Shown here: positions 45,133 to 56,200 of the stretch, in pieces | Position numbering within the stretch: the first letter of the stretch is position 1 | How the letters are laid out: every line of letters begins with the position of its first letter | Sequence record: MZ574432.2 | Direction: 5' to 3' (one strand) | DNA length: 64,000 bases | Notes under the pieces: generated by a model | Databases searched by the model: none | What the model saw: the letters and a program-made list of their open reading frames with translations, nothing else | What the model was told of the DNA's origin: nothing | Position numbers and translations under genes: made by a program

Positions 45133-48100
45133 ATGGCTCAAGCAGCCGCGTTCGCCGCCACCCAGGCTTTGAAGATCGGGATCAGCTATCTGTTCCCGAG
45201 CGATGGCCCGCGCCTGAAGGACCTCAAGCTCACCGCCTCGACCTATGGCGCTGCGATCCCCTGGGTGTTTGGCATGATGCGCGTGCCCGGCAACATGATC
45301 TGGGCCAAGCCGATCCGCGAAAAGAAGAAGAAGAAGTTCGCCGGCAAGGGCGGCTTCTACAACCAGTACACCTACTATGGCACCTTCGCCATGGCCCTGT
45401 GCAAGGGTCCGGTCAAGTCGATCCTGCGCATCTGGGCCGACAACAAGATCATCTACGACGCCACCGCCGGCACCCCGCGCAAGGAAGGCACCCTGCCGTC
45501 GGGAACGCTCAAGCAGTACATCCGCACCCTGGCCCTGGAGGCAGGCAACCAGATCACCTCGTCCAAGTACAAGATGCGCTTCTACACCGGCTCGGAGGAC
45601 CAAGTCCCCGACTCGACCATGGACGCGCACCTGGGCGTGGGCAATGCGCCCGCCTTCCGAGGCACCGCCTACATCCTCTTCGACGACATCCCGCTGGCCG
45701 ACTTCGGCAACCGCATCCCCCAGATCACCGCCGAGGTCTTCATCGGCGAGTTGAACGAGACGGTGATCGTCGAGAACCTCTTCGAGGCCGATGGCGACAC
45801 GCCCCTGGCGACCGACTATTCGGTGACCGACGCGGCCTTCGACTGGAGCCGCAACTACGCCTTCCTGCGCTACGGGACCTCCGTCACCCAGGTCAATCTG
45901 CGCACCTACCATGCCGTCAAGACCTATGGGACCACTGAGTTCCAGTTCCCCGGCGGCGCGGAGATCGCCAAGCTGCATGCCTGCGGCCAGGACAGCTTCG
46001 TCTATGCGACCTACGGCCCCGACGCTCCGACCATGCCGCTGGCCAAGCTCGATCCCTATTCGTTGCAGATGGTCGCCACCCAAACCATCGCCAAGCCGTT
46101 GGAGGTCTCCACGGCCACCGACAGCACCGCGATCGAGCACGTCATCGCCATCTCCGAGACGGGCGCCTACACCGTCATGAAGGCCGCCGACCTGTCGATC
46201 GAAGGCGCCGACCAGATCGGCTCCGGCCCGCACCTGGGCAATTTCAAGGTCTGCGGTCGCGACCCGGACGTGACGACCAAGTCCACCTTCTATGTCTTCC
46301 ACAAGGAGGACGACAACACGCTCAAGCTCGTGCGCATCAATGGCGCGGGCCAGAATGTCGTCGACACCATGGTCGGCACGGGCATGGAAGTGGGCGGCGC
46401 CTTCTGGGACACGGTGATCCCTGGCGTGATCCTGTTCTGGAAGTCGGGCGGCCAAGCCTACATCTCCAAGTGGGGCGAGGATCGCGGCGCCGAGGTCTGG
46501 CGCGCGTCCATCCCCGGCTATCCCGAGCGCTTCGATGCGCAGACGCGGATCAACGGTCAGCTTTTCTGCTGGGAGTACGGCAGCGCCCTGTTCGGCGTCG
46601 ACACCTCCAATGGCCTCTTCAAGGACCAGATCGTCGACCCGGCGACTGGCGAAGTGAACGCCAACGTCGGCAAGATCGACTGGGACGACTACATGAACCG
46701 CTACCCCGACGTCCAGGCCGCGTGGCTCTCGTCGGGAACGTCCGTCGCCGGCTCGCGCGAGGGCTTCGCCCAGTGGCACTACGAGAACTACGGCAAGTCC
46801 GAGGGCCGCACGGTCAACAACATCGGCGAGGGTCAGGGCCAGGGCTTCCCCCTGCCCGAAGCCTTCGAGGGTGAGCACGCCGTGCTGCAAGCCTTCAGCC
46901 CCCAGCAGGGCCTGCTGGTCGCTCTGGGCGGCATCGACGGCATCGTGCGCGTCAACACCATCTCCTCGGGCGTGAGCGTCGCTACGGTCCTGGAGCGCCT
47001 GTTCCTGGAAGCGGGCCTGACCTCCGCCCAGATGGACCTCAACAGCCTCTACCAAATCCCCATTCGGGGCTACGGCTGGGCCAACGGCACCGACATCAAG
47101 TCGATCATCGACGAGTTGGGCCGGCTCTACCTCTTCGACATCTCCGAGCGCCAGGGCGTGATGACCGCCATCCCCCGCGCCCCCGACAACGAGTTTGGCC
47201 CCTCCACCCAGACCATTCCGCAAAACGCGCTGGGCTCGTCGAGCCCGGACGCGGTCGACTTCTGGCAGGAAACGCGCCTCCAGGAGGTCGACCTGCCGTC
47301 CCAGGTCTCCCTGACCTACATGAACTGGGACCAGGACTACGAGACCGGCGTGGTGCGCTCCAAGCGCATCACCAACCCCAAGCCGACGATGTATTCGCGG
47401 CAGCAGGTCAACCTCGAAATGAACATGGTCATGTCGCCCACCGAGGCGAAGGTCCAGGTCAACAAGATTCTCTATTCGCAGTGGGGTGAGCGGACCAAGC
47501 ACACCTCGACCCTGCCGTGGGCCTTGCTCAACCTCGATCCGTCCGACATCGTGACGGTCGAGTTCAATGACGGCCGCAGCTACATCGAGCGCGTCCACCG
47601 TCTGGAGTTCGGCGCCGACTACCACATGGCGTTCGAATCCTATGGCCAGGACAGCGGCGCCTACGAGAACTGGGACGAGATCACCACCGCCGACGGCGGC
47701 GACGGCAAGCTGCCGGCCGTGCTCGACGACGCGCCCCGCACCGCCATTCCGTTCATCCTTAACACCCCGCTACTGCGCGACTCCGACGACGCGGGCGGCG
47801 CGGTCTCGCGCTACTATGTCGGGATCGGTAACGGCTATCCGGGCGCCTACCAGGGCGCGGGTCTGTTCAAGTCCACCAATCTGCTGGACTACACGCAGAT
47901 CGATGGCGGCGACAATGACGTCGAGTGGGCCACGGTCGTGGGCAAGCTGCCCGTGCCGCACGCCGGCCCGTTCGCCATGGATTGGCAGACCCGGCTGAAG
48001 CTCGTGCCGGCCGTATCCTGGTTCGAGCTAGAGTCGATCACCGACGATGAGCTTTGGCAGGGCCTCAACCCGGTCATGGTCGGCGACGAGGTCATCCAGT

Positions 48101-48738
48101 TCCGCGACGCCATCGAGAACGACGACGGGACCTGGACGATCTGGAACCTGCTGCGCGGCCGGCGCGGCACTGAGTACGCCTGCAACAACCACGTCAACGG
48201 CGAGCGGTTCATCTTCCTCAACGATTCGACCATCTCCCAGCAAGGCGAGTTGATCAACGCCAGGGGACAGGCGCGCTACTTCAAGGCCGTCGCCCAGGAT
48301 CGCACCCTCCAGGAAACCGCCGCCACGACGATCCTCTACGAACCGCGCGACTTGATGCCCTACGCACCAGTCGACATCCGTCGTGAGTTCGCCACCGACA
48401 ACAGCTTGGACATCACCTGGGCGCGCCGCACGCGCTATGGCGGCGGCATGGTCGACGGGACCGGAGAGGTTCCCCTGGGCGAGCGGTTCGAGCGCTACGA
48501 GGTCTATGTCCTGCCCTCGGCCTTCTCGGGCGACCTGTCGCGCGGCGCCGAGCCTGTGGGCTACACCCGCAAGTTCGAGACCACCAACTCGACCATCAGC
48601 TACACGCCGGAGATGCAGGCTGTCGATGGCTTCAATCGAGCCTCCGACACCCTGCACCTTGCCGTCTACCAGCTTTCCGACGCCGTGGGCCGGGGTTTCC
48701 CCGGCGTGCGCTCCATCCTGCCGACCAATCCGTTCTAA
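45133..48738 (+). CDS. Tail tip / central fibre protein 1 (GTA megatron-like), 1201 aa
   Basis: STYG..IP..FG..R..GN.IW, PA.RG.AY..F.D..L.DFGN.IPQI..EV, GDE.IQF..A......W....LLRGRRGTE. Confidence 0.9.
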   Translation: MAQAAAFAATQALKIGISYLFPSDGPRLKDLKLTASTYGAAIPWVFGMMRVPGNMIWAKPIREKKKKKFAGKGGFYNQYTYYGTFAMALCKGPVKSILRIWADNKIIYDATAGTPRKEGTLPSGTLKQYIRTLALEAGNQITSSKYKMRFYTGSEDQVPDSTMDAHLGVGNAPAFRGTAYILFDDIPLADFGNRIPQITAEVFIGELNETVIVENLFEADGDTPLATDYSVTDAAFDWSRNYAFLRYGTSVTQVNLRTYHAVKTYGTTEFQFPGGAEIAKLHACGQDSFVYATYGPDAPTMPLAKLDPYSLQMVATQTIAKPLEVSTATDSTAIEHVIAISETGAYTVMKAADLSIEGADQIGSGPHLGNFKVCGRDPDVTTKSTFYVFHKEDDNTLKLVRINGAGQNVVDTMVGTGMEVGGAFWDTVIPGVILFWKSGGQAYISKWGEDRGAEVWRASIPGYPERFDAQTRINGQLFCWEYGSALFGVDTSNGLFKDQIVDPATGEVNANVGKIDWDDYMNRYPDVQAAWLSSGTSVAGSREGFAQWHYENYGKSEGRTVNNIGEGQGQGFPLPEAFEGEHAVLQAFSPQQGLLVALGGIDGIVRVNTISSGVSVATVLERLFLEAGLTSAQMDLNSLYQIPIRGYGWANGTDIKSIIDELGRLYLFDISERQGVMTAIPRAPDNEFGPSTQTIPQNALGSSSPDAVDFWQETRLQEVDLPSQVSLTYMNWDQDYETGVVRSKRITNPKPTMYSRQQVNLEMNMVMSPTEAKVQVNKILYSQWGERTKHTSTLPWALLNLDPSDIVTVEFNDGRSYIERVHRLEFGADYHMAFESYGQDSGAYENWDEITTADGGDGKLPAVLDDAPRTAIPFILNTPLLRDSDDAGGAVSRYYVGIGNGYPGAYQGAGLFKSTNLLDYTQIDGGDNDVEWATVVGKLPVPHAGPFAMDWQTRLKLVPAVSWFELESITDDELWQGLNPVMVGDEVIQFRDAIENDDGTWTIWNLLRGRRGTEYACNNHVNGERFIFLNDSTISQQGELINARGQARYFKAVAQDRTLQETAATTILYEPRDLMPYAPVDIRREFATDNSLDITWARRTRYGGGMVDGTGEVPLGERFERYEVYVLPSAFSGDLSRGAEPVGYTRKFETTNSTISYTPEMQAVDGFNRASDTLHLAVYQLSDAVGRGFPGVRSILPTNPF

Positions 48739-51700
48739 TGGCCGATCAGCTTTTTTCCTTCGCCACCGACCAAGTCGTCAACATCGGGGTCAGCTTCCTG
48801 TTCCCGAGCAAGGGTCCGCGCCTGAAGGACCTGAAGATGAGCGCCTCGACCTATGGCGCGGCGATCCCGATCGTCTTTGGCTCCACCCGCGTGCCGGGCA
48901 ACATGATCTGGGGAACCGGGATCAAGGAGCACAAGCGCAAGAAGCTTTCGGTTGCAGGTAAGGGCGGCTTCTATCTGAAGTACACCTACACCGCATCGGT
49001 CGCCTTTGCCTTCTGCAAGGGGCCGATCACCTCGTTCCGGCGTATCTGGGCCGACGGCAAGGTGATCTATGACAACACCGGCAAGTCCAAGGTCGCCAAC
49101 AAGAAGAAGTACAAGTTCCGCTTTTACCTGGGCGACGAGGATCAGGTCCCCAACTCGACGATCGAGGCGGACAAGGGCGTGGGCAATGCCCCGGCCTATC
49201 GCGGCTTGGCCTACATGGTCATCGAGGACATGCCGCTTGAGGACTTCGGCAATCACATCCCTCAGATCACCGCCGAAGTCTACAACATGGAGCGCTTCAC
49301 CGACACGCCCCAGGTGCCGGTGACGGCGCTCAAGGAAGATGGCACGCCGCGTCCGCTCAGCTACCAGGGCAACTCGTTTTCTGCCGACACCACGCGCGGC
49401 TACTTCTACCTGACCGACCACGACTTCAAGCATACGGGCAAGACCGTCCTTCGCCGCTTCAACATGGAGACGGGCGACGAGGACATGGCCATCCAGCCTG
49501 AGTTCATGAACACCGCCGCCGGGGTCGGCATCTATGACGATCAGTCGCTGCTCTACCTGCACGGGGTGAAGCGCGACGGCACGCTGTTCGTCGCCAATGG
49601 CGGCCTCAACAACTACGTGGCTGCCTCGCTCATCGAGCCGCAGGGCTATAACACCATCGCTACCCAGGGCGTCAGCGACGCCTTTGGGCGATCGAACGCG
49701 GGCCTGGGCCTGGAAGCGGGCTACCCACCCACCGATGGTTCGGCCCGGACGACGGCCTATTCGATCACTGGCAATGGCCGCGAGATGTTCCTGTGGTGGG
49801 GCCTCTTTGGCGACGTCACCACCTTCGACGTCACCGACGTCAACCAGTTCCAGAGGACAGGCGGCACGACGTGGCCGGTTCGGTTCGGTTCGGTCTACAA
49901 CGGCGCCTGCGTCTGCGGCTCCGAAGGGCTGGCCAGCAACCAGTTCTATGGAGCCCTCGGCGCTGAAAACCCGGACCAAGCGGCGGGCATCGGGCTCTAC
50001 GACATCACGACCGGGGGTCCTGGCCGGCTGCTGGGCTTCCTGGAGCGAAAGATCGCAGGCCTGGGCCTGCTGCCGTACTGGATCATGTACGACGCCTATG
50101 ATCCTGGCATCCTCATGGCCTACACCGAGGGCGATAGCTCGGTGTGGATGGCCAAGTTCTCCCTGACGAACATGGATTGGCGCTGGCGCAAGCGCGTGGC
50201 CTACGACGCCATCAGTCTCGATCCGCGCCTGGGCACGATCGTCAACGGCGAGTATGCGTGGCTTCAATCCACGCCCTACGGTCCCACGGCCGTGGCGGTC
50301 TATGTGATCGATACCCTCACGGGCCAGTACATCCAGAAGACGGCCCTGCCGCCGGAACTGATCGATCCAGACGACGTCCAAAGCCCCTACGTGCCCGATG
50401 AGGATTATCACGGCATCCCGGTCGATCGTCCTGGCCTGACCGCGACCGGCTCTCAATTCTTCAACACCCGCAACTTCAGCATCGTCTCGGTGCAGACCTT
50501 CGCCGGCGTCGGCGACAATCGCATCACCTTCCTGGGTCCCAAGAATGGCTATTGCAGCCTGGGGTTCATCTGCGACCGCCTGCTGCGCATGGCGGGCCTG
50601 ACCTCCAAGCAGATCGACATGTCGCGCCTGATGGACACGCCGGTCTTGGGCTATGGCTGGGCGCAGGCCACCGATCTCAAGTCGGTCCTCGACCAGTTGA
50701 AGATGATCTACCTCTTCGACATCGTCGAGAGCGACGGCAAGATGACGGGCTTCCTGCGCACGGAAGGCTCCAACGAAGGCGCGCCCGTCGCCTTTATCAA
50801 GAAGGCCGCCCTGGGCTCGTCGAGCCCGGACGCGGTTGACTACTGGACTGAAACGCGCCTCCAGGAAGCCGAAATCCCGCAAAGAATTTCGCTCACCTAC
50901 CTCAACTACGATCGCGACTACCAGGAGTCGGTCGCGATGTCGAAGCGCGTCGTCAGCCCCTACGCCACGATGCAGTCCAACCAGTTGGTCGCCATCGAGG
51001 CCAATCTGATCCTCAAGCCGTCCGAGGCCAAGGAGCGTGTCAACCACATGCTCTACGACCAGTGGAACGAGCGCACGCGGCACACCACCAACCTGCCCTG
51101 GGCCTACCTTGATCTTGATCCGTCGGACTGGATCGAGGTTCGCCTGGACGACGATCGGACCTATTCCGACCGCATCCAGCGCATGGAGGTTGGGGCCGAC
51201 TTCGCGCTCTCGGTGGAGGCCTACGGACGTGACGGCGGCGCCTACGAGCCGCAGGCCGTGGCGGCCGACGGGGGCACCAGCCCCACCCAGACGATCCACG
51301 ATCCGGGGCAGTCCGCTCCGTTCGTCATCAACACCCCGCTGCTGCGCGACAGTGACGATAGCGGTGGCAACCTGAGCGTCTTCTACTATGGCGTCGGCAA
51401 CAACACCTCCAAGGCGTTTGACGGCTCCAGCCTCTATCGTTCGCTGGACCAGATCAACTACGACGAACTCGACAATTTCGACAAGGACCTGGAATGGGGC
51501 GTGACGACCAACGTCCTGCCCAAGGCCCGTCACGGCCACTTCGCCCTCGACTGGGAAAGCCGCCTGACGATCCAGCCCTACGCCCTTTGGTTCGAGCTTG
51601 AGTCGATCACCGACGATGAACTCTGGGCCGGGCATAACGCCCTGCTCGTGGGCGACGAGATCATCCAGTTCCGCGACGCGGTCGAGAACCCCGACAAGAC

Positions 51701-52328
51701 CTGGACGATCTGGAACCTGCTGCGCGGCCGGCGCGGCACCGAGTACGCCACCCACACCCACAAGAAGGGTGATCGGGTCATCGTGCTCCAGAACGAAGGC
51801 ACGCTGGAGAAGGCCGGCGAGACAATCGACGTCAACGGGCAGGTTCGCTACTACAAGGCCGTCTCTCGCGGGCAGGATTTTGGCGAGGGCCTGACCCAGA
51901 CCCTCGTCTACCGCCCGCGCGACCTGATGCCCTACGCGCCCAAGGACATCCGCCGGTCGATCAACGGCGACGGGACCATGACCTTCACCTGGAGACGCCG
52001 CACCCGGCTGGGCGGCGGCTTACAGGACTACACCGGAACCGTGCCGGTCAACGAGACGACCGAGCGCTACGAGGTCTACATCTACGTCAACACGACGCCT
52101 GCGGTCGACCTTTCCGCCGGGGTCGTCGATCCGTCCTATGTCACCAGGGCGGAGACCACGACCGACAGCTTCGTTTGGAGCTATGCCGACCTGAAAGACT
52201 GGATGTCACTTCCCGTGACATTTGACGTCAATCTTGACACGGTGACCGTGGTGGTCTATCAAGTTTCATCCGCTGTTGGACGCGGATTCCCCGGCATGCG
52301 TGTGATCGAGCCCTGGCAGGACTTCTAG
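48738..52328 (+). CDS. Tail tip / central fibre protein 2 (paralog), 1196 aa
   Basis: Same N- and C-terminal motifs as 45133-48738, unrelated central ~400 aa. Confidence 0.9.
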   Translation: MADQLFSFATDQVVNIGVSFLFPSKGPRLKDLKMSASTYGAAIPIVFGSTRVPGNMIWGTGIKEHKRKKLSVAGKGGFYLKYTYTASVAFAFCKGPITSFRRIWADGKVIYDNTGKSKVANKKKYKFRFYLGDEDQVPNSTIEADKGVGNAPAYRGLAYMVIEDMPLEDFGNHIPQITAEVYNMERFTDTPQVPVTALKEDGTPRPLSYQGNSFSADTTRGYFYLTDHDFKHTGKTVLRRFNMETGDEDMAIQPEFMNTAAGVGIYDDQSLLYLHGVKRDGTLFVANGGLNNYVAASLIEPQGYNTIATQGVSDAFGRSNAGLGLEAGYPPTDGSARTTAYSITGNGREMFLWWGLFGDVTTFDVTDVNQFQRTGGTTWPVRFGSVYNGACVCGSEGLASNQFYGALGAENPDQAAGIGLYDITTGGPGRLLGFLERKIAGLGLLPYWIMYDAYDPGILMAYTEGDSSVWMAKFSLTNMDWRWRKRVAYDAISLDPRLGTIVNGEYAWLQSTPYGPTAVAVYVIDTLTGQYIQKTALPPELIDPDDVQSPYVPDEDYHGIPVDRPGLTATGSQFFNTRNFSIVSVQTFAGVGDNRITFLGPKNGYCSLGFICDRLLRMAGLTSKQIDMSRLMDTPVLGYGWAQATDLKSVLDQLKMIYLFDIVESDGKMTGFLRTEGSNEGAPVAFIKKAALGSSSPDAVDYWTETRLQEAEIPQRISLTYLNYDRDYQESVAMSKRVVSPYATMQSNQLVAIEANLILKPSEAKERVNHMLYDQWNERTRHTTNLPWAYLDLDPSDWIEVRLDDDRTYSDRIQRMEVGADFALSVEAYGRDGGAYEPQAVAADGGTSPTQTIHDPGQSAPFVINTPLLRDSDDSGGNLSVFYYGVGNNTSKAFDGSSLYRSLDQINYDELDNFDKDLEWGVTTNVLPKARHGHFALDWESRLTIQPYALWFELESITDDELWAGHNALLVGDEIIQFRDAVENPDKTWTIWNLLRGRRGTEYATHTHKKGDRVIVLQNEGTLEKAGETIDVNGQVRYYKAVSRGQDFGEGLTQTLVYRPRDLMPYAPKDIRRSINGDGTMTFTWRRRTRLGGGLQDYTGTVPVNETTERYEVYIYVNTTPAVDLSAGVVDPSYVTRAETTTDSFVWSYADLKDWMSLPVTFDVNLDTVTVVVYQVSSAVGRGFPGMRVIEPWQDF
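52223..52238 (+). promoter_or_regulatory. Motif promoter (copy 11), inside the 3' end of tail tip 2
   Basis: tgacg-tcaat-cttgac, preceded by palindrome tgtcac-N5-gtgaca (52204-52220). Confidence 0.65.
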
Positions 52329-52375
52329 TCCTGTCGCGACGTGCGCGTTAGCGCCCGCTTTTCTCCCTGGACAAT

Positions 52376-53206
52376 ATGGCCAATTCGCCCATCCTCAACC
52401 TGCCCCAGGTTGCGCCGAACCAAAATCAAAAGGAATCCACGATCAACACCGCCCAGGGCATCCTGGAAGCGGCAGCGAACGATGGGATCAACCTTGCCGT
52501 CGCGGCCAACCGGACCCTGACCGCCGACGAGTACACCAGGGCCTTCATGCTGACCCTGACCGGGCTGGCCAGCCCGTTCACCGTGTCGGCGCCCAACACC
52601 AAGCGCTTCTTCGCGGTGAGCAACACCGGCGCCTCCAACGCGACCATTAAGGTTAGCGGATCGTCCGGGGCGACGGTCGTGGTCGAACCGGGCAAGCGGA
52701 CGCTGATCTACAGCAACGGCGTCGACATGGTCGCCATCAGTTCGGGCAACAGCAACCTGTCGGGCATGAGCGACACGGCCGGCGTCGACGACGCCAGCGA
52801 TGGCCAAGCCCTGGTCTGGGACGCCTCGTCCTCGCGCTGGACCCCGGCGGACATGCCCTCGGACCACTCGATCACGAGCATCCCCAAGCCGACCAACGGC
52901 CAGACGCTCTACAAGTACGTCTTCACCCGCAACGAGCGCTTCTACAGCGACTACTCTGGCTCCCAGGGCCATGCGGACGATACCGCCACCGCCACGACGG
53001 TCTTCAACGTCTATAAGAACACCACCCTGGTCGGCCACGTCACCTTCACCGCTGGCTCGGCCACGCCGACCTTCAGCACCGATCTTGGCTCAGGCTCCTC
53101 TTCGGTCACCTACGCGCCTGGAGACCGCATGACGGTCACCGGGCCGGCCGTCGCCGACGCCACCCTGGCGCGCCTCTCCTTCACCCTGCGGGCTGTGTAC
53201 CTCTAA
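52376..53206 (+). CDS. DUF2793-like fibre adaptor protein, 276 aa
   Basis: P.L.LP.VAPNQ.QKE.TIN.A..ILE N-terminus shared with the next gene. Confidence 0.75.
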   Translation: MANSPILNLPQVAPNQNQKESTINTAQGILEAAANDGINLAVAANRTLTADEYTRAFMLTLTGLASPFTVSAPNTKRFFAVSNTGASNATIKVSGSSGATVVVEPGKRTLIYSNGVDMVAISSGNSNLSGMSDTAGVDDASDGQALVWDASSSRWTPADMPSDHSITSIPKPTNGQTLYKYVFTRNERFYSDYSGSQGHADDTATATTVFNVYKNTTLVGHVTFTAGSATPTFSTDLGSGSSSVTYAPGDRMTVTGPAVADATLARLSFTLRAVYL

Positions 53207-53207
53207 G

Positions 53208-56200
53208 ATGACCGACTACACGCCCATGCTCCACCTGCCCCTGGTTGCCCCCAACCAGGACCAGAAGGAAGCCACGATCAACACCGCCCTCGCCATCCTT
53301 GAGGCGGCGAACAACGACACGCTCCAGGTGTCGCTGTCTGCGGGCGACGTGACGCTGAACACCGATCAGTTCACCAAGTATTTCCACCACCAGTTCTACG
53401 GCCACACCACGGCGCGCAGCGTCACCCTGCCCGACACCAATCGCTGGTTCGCGGTGGAAAACCAGGGCACGGCCACCATCACCTTCGTGATCAGCGGGTC
53501 CTCGGGCCTCTCGGCGGAGCTTGCCTCGGGCAAGATCGGTCTGGTCGTGTCCGACGGCACGGACCTGCGTTTTGTCGTCCCCGATCCGACCAGCGGGCTT
53601 GGCCTGCTGTCTGACCTCTCCGATGTCGACGGCGGCCAGACCGACGGCCAGCTTCTGCGCTGGTCCAATGCCGAGAGCGCCTGGAAGCCGTGGACGCTCG
53701 ACTTCTCGTTCCTGAACCTCAACGACACGCCCACCACCTACGTGTCCAACATCGGCAAGCTGGTGGCGGTCAAGTCCGACGGCACCGGCCTGGAGTTCGT
53801 CTCCTCGGCCGCCAACGTCAATTCGTTCGTCGACCTGGACGACACGCCCGACGGCTATGCGGGCTATGCCAACCGCACCGTCAAGGTCAACGGCGCCGCC
53901 AATAGCCTGATCTTCGATTGGCCTAAGCTGACGGAAGCCTCCGACTTCCCGTCGTCCTACGCCGGCGCGGCCAACAAGTTCCTGCGCGTCAACGCCGGTA
54001 CGAACGCCGTGGAATTCCATGCGCCGGTCGTGGCCGACCTTTCCGACGGGCCGGGCGCGCCCACGGGCAACGCCCTGAAGTACCTGCGCGTCAAGGCTGA
54101 CGGGACCGGCGTCGAATACGCCACGGGCACCGGCGGCCCGGACGACTTCCTCGAATTGCTCGACACCCCCGACAGCTACGCGGGCAAGGGTCTCTACTTC
54201 GTGCGGGTCAAGTCCGACCTCTCGGGCCTGGACTTCCTGCGCGCCAGCTTCACCGACCTGATCGACGTGCCCAGCACCTATTCGGGGCAGGGCGGCAAGT
54301 ACGTCAAGGTCAATGGTGGCGGGACGGGCTTGACCTTTTCGGCGCCGACAGTGCAGGAACTGTCCAACGGGCCGGGCAATCCGGCAGGTCAGGCCAACAA
54401 GGTTGTGCGCGTCAAGTCCGACGGCACCGCCCTTGAGTACGCGACCTTGCCGATCACCACGCTCTCGGGCTTCCCGTCGAGCTTCGCGGGCCAGGGCGGC
54501 AAGTACCTCCAGGTCAAGGGCGACGAGACTGGCGTCCAGTTCGTCACCTCCTCCTATACGACCAACTTCCTGGCCCTGACCGACACGCCGAGCAGCTACG
54601 TCGGGCAAGCTAACAAGCTGATCGCCGTCGACCCGACGGGCACGGGCCTGATCTTCGTCTCGCCGTCCAGCGGCGGGGCGACGAAGCTCGATGATCTCAA
54701 CGACGTGGAGTTCCCGACCGGCACGCCGGCCGATGGCATGGTGCTGACCTTCCGGGGCGGTATGTGGTCGCCGGAGGTCTCGGCTGGAGGTTCCGATGGA
54801 ACCCTGGCCGGCTTGACCGACGTGGCCCTGACCACGCCTGAGGAGGGTCAGGCGCTCGTCTATCGAAGCGGCGCCTGGACCAACGAGGACCAAAGCTCCA
54901 CCGCGATCGGCGTGCCCTCGTACGGCGCGCATGCTTATTGGCGCCTGCTGCTGCACACGACGGATGGATCGACCATCCAGTACGGCATCCAGGAAATCCA
55001 GTTCAAGGCGACGCGCGACGGCCCTGATCTGGCCAACGGCGGCACCGCCTCGGCCAGCACCGACGAATTCGGCACCGTCACGGGCGCGTTCGACAACATC
55101 ATCAGTGGCGCATGGTTCTCGACCACCGCCGCCGATGGTGAGTGGATCAAGTACCATTTCACCGCGCCGGCCGGCGTGCGCTATGTCACGATCCAAGGCT
55201 CGCAGTCCCAGCCGTCGACGTCGCCGGCCTCGTTCTCGGTTCAGTACAGCGACGACGACGCCGAATGGACCACGGCCTGGGAAGTCATCGGTCAGACCGG
55301 CTGGGCGCCGGGCCAGACGCGCATGTTCCATGGTCCGATGGACCTCTTCTTCACCGATCTGGCCGACGCGCCCCAGTCCTATGTCGGGCAAGCGGGCAAG
55401 TCGCTGCGGGTCAACACCGGCGGCACCGCCCTGGAGTTCTTCACCCTGCCCTTCGTGCCGGTGTCGATCGGCGATCTGGCTGACGTGGAGATGGGCACGG
55501 GCACGCCGGCCAACGGCTCGGTCCTGACCTGGAAGGACGGCGTCTGGCAGGCGGAGCCAAACACCGGTGGTGGAGGCGGCGGCGGCGCGAGTTCCTTCCT
55601 GGGCCTCAACGACACACCCGACAGCTACGTCGGCGAGGGTGGTAATGCCATCCGTGTCAAGATGACCGAAGATGGTTTGGAATTCTACACCGCCGGGACC
55701 GGAGGGGGTGGAGGCGGTAGCTGGCGCGGCGGCTGGGCGGCGGGCGCCGAGCAGGTCTTCATCGATTTCGAATCGGGTAGCCTCAATCCGGCGTTCACCT
55801 ACGATGCGTCGGGCTTTGCCGTCGTTGTCCAGCCCGATACCTTGGCGGGCACGACCAATGCACTGAAGTTCCGTCCGATTGGCAATGGCGCGACCTGCTA
55901 CTGCGAACTGCCGATCACGGACGTTCTCAGCGTCTCAAGCCTGAAGGTGCGCTACAAGGTCTCTTCCGAAGGCCCAGACTTTTTCCGCGTCTTGCAGGAC
56001 GGGTCGCAGGTTCACCAGGACAGCGGCAACACCGGTCTTTACGAAGAATTCTCGCTGGCCACGACGGGTGACCACACCCTGCGATTCTCCTATACCAAGG
56101 ACGGATCGCTCGCGGTTGGCGACGACACCGTCTATATCTCGCAGATCACCTACTACAAGACCCTGGATAATCCGTACGTCTATGGCGATACGGTCACCTA

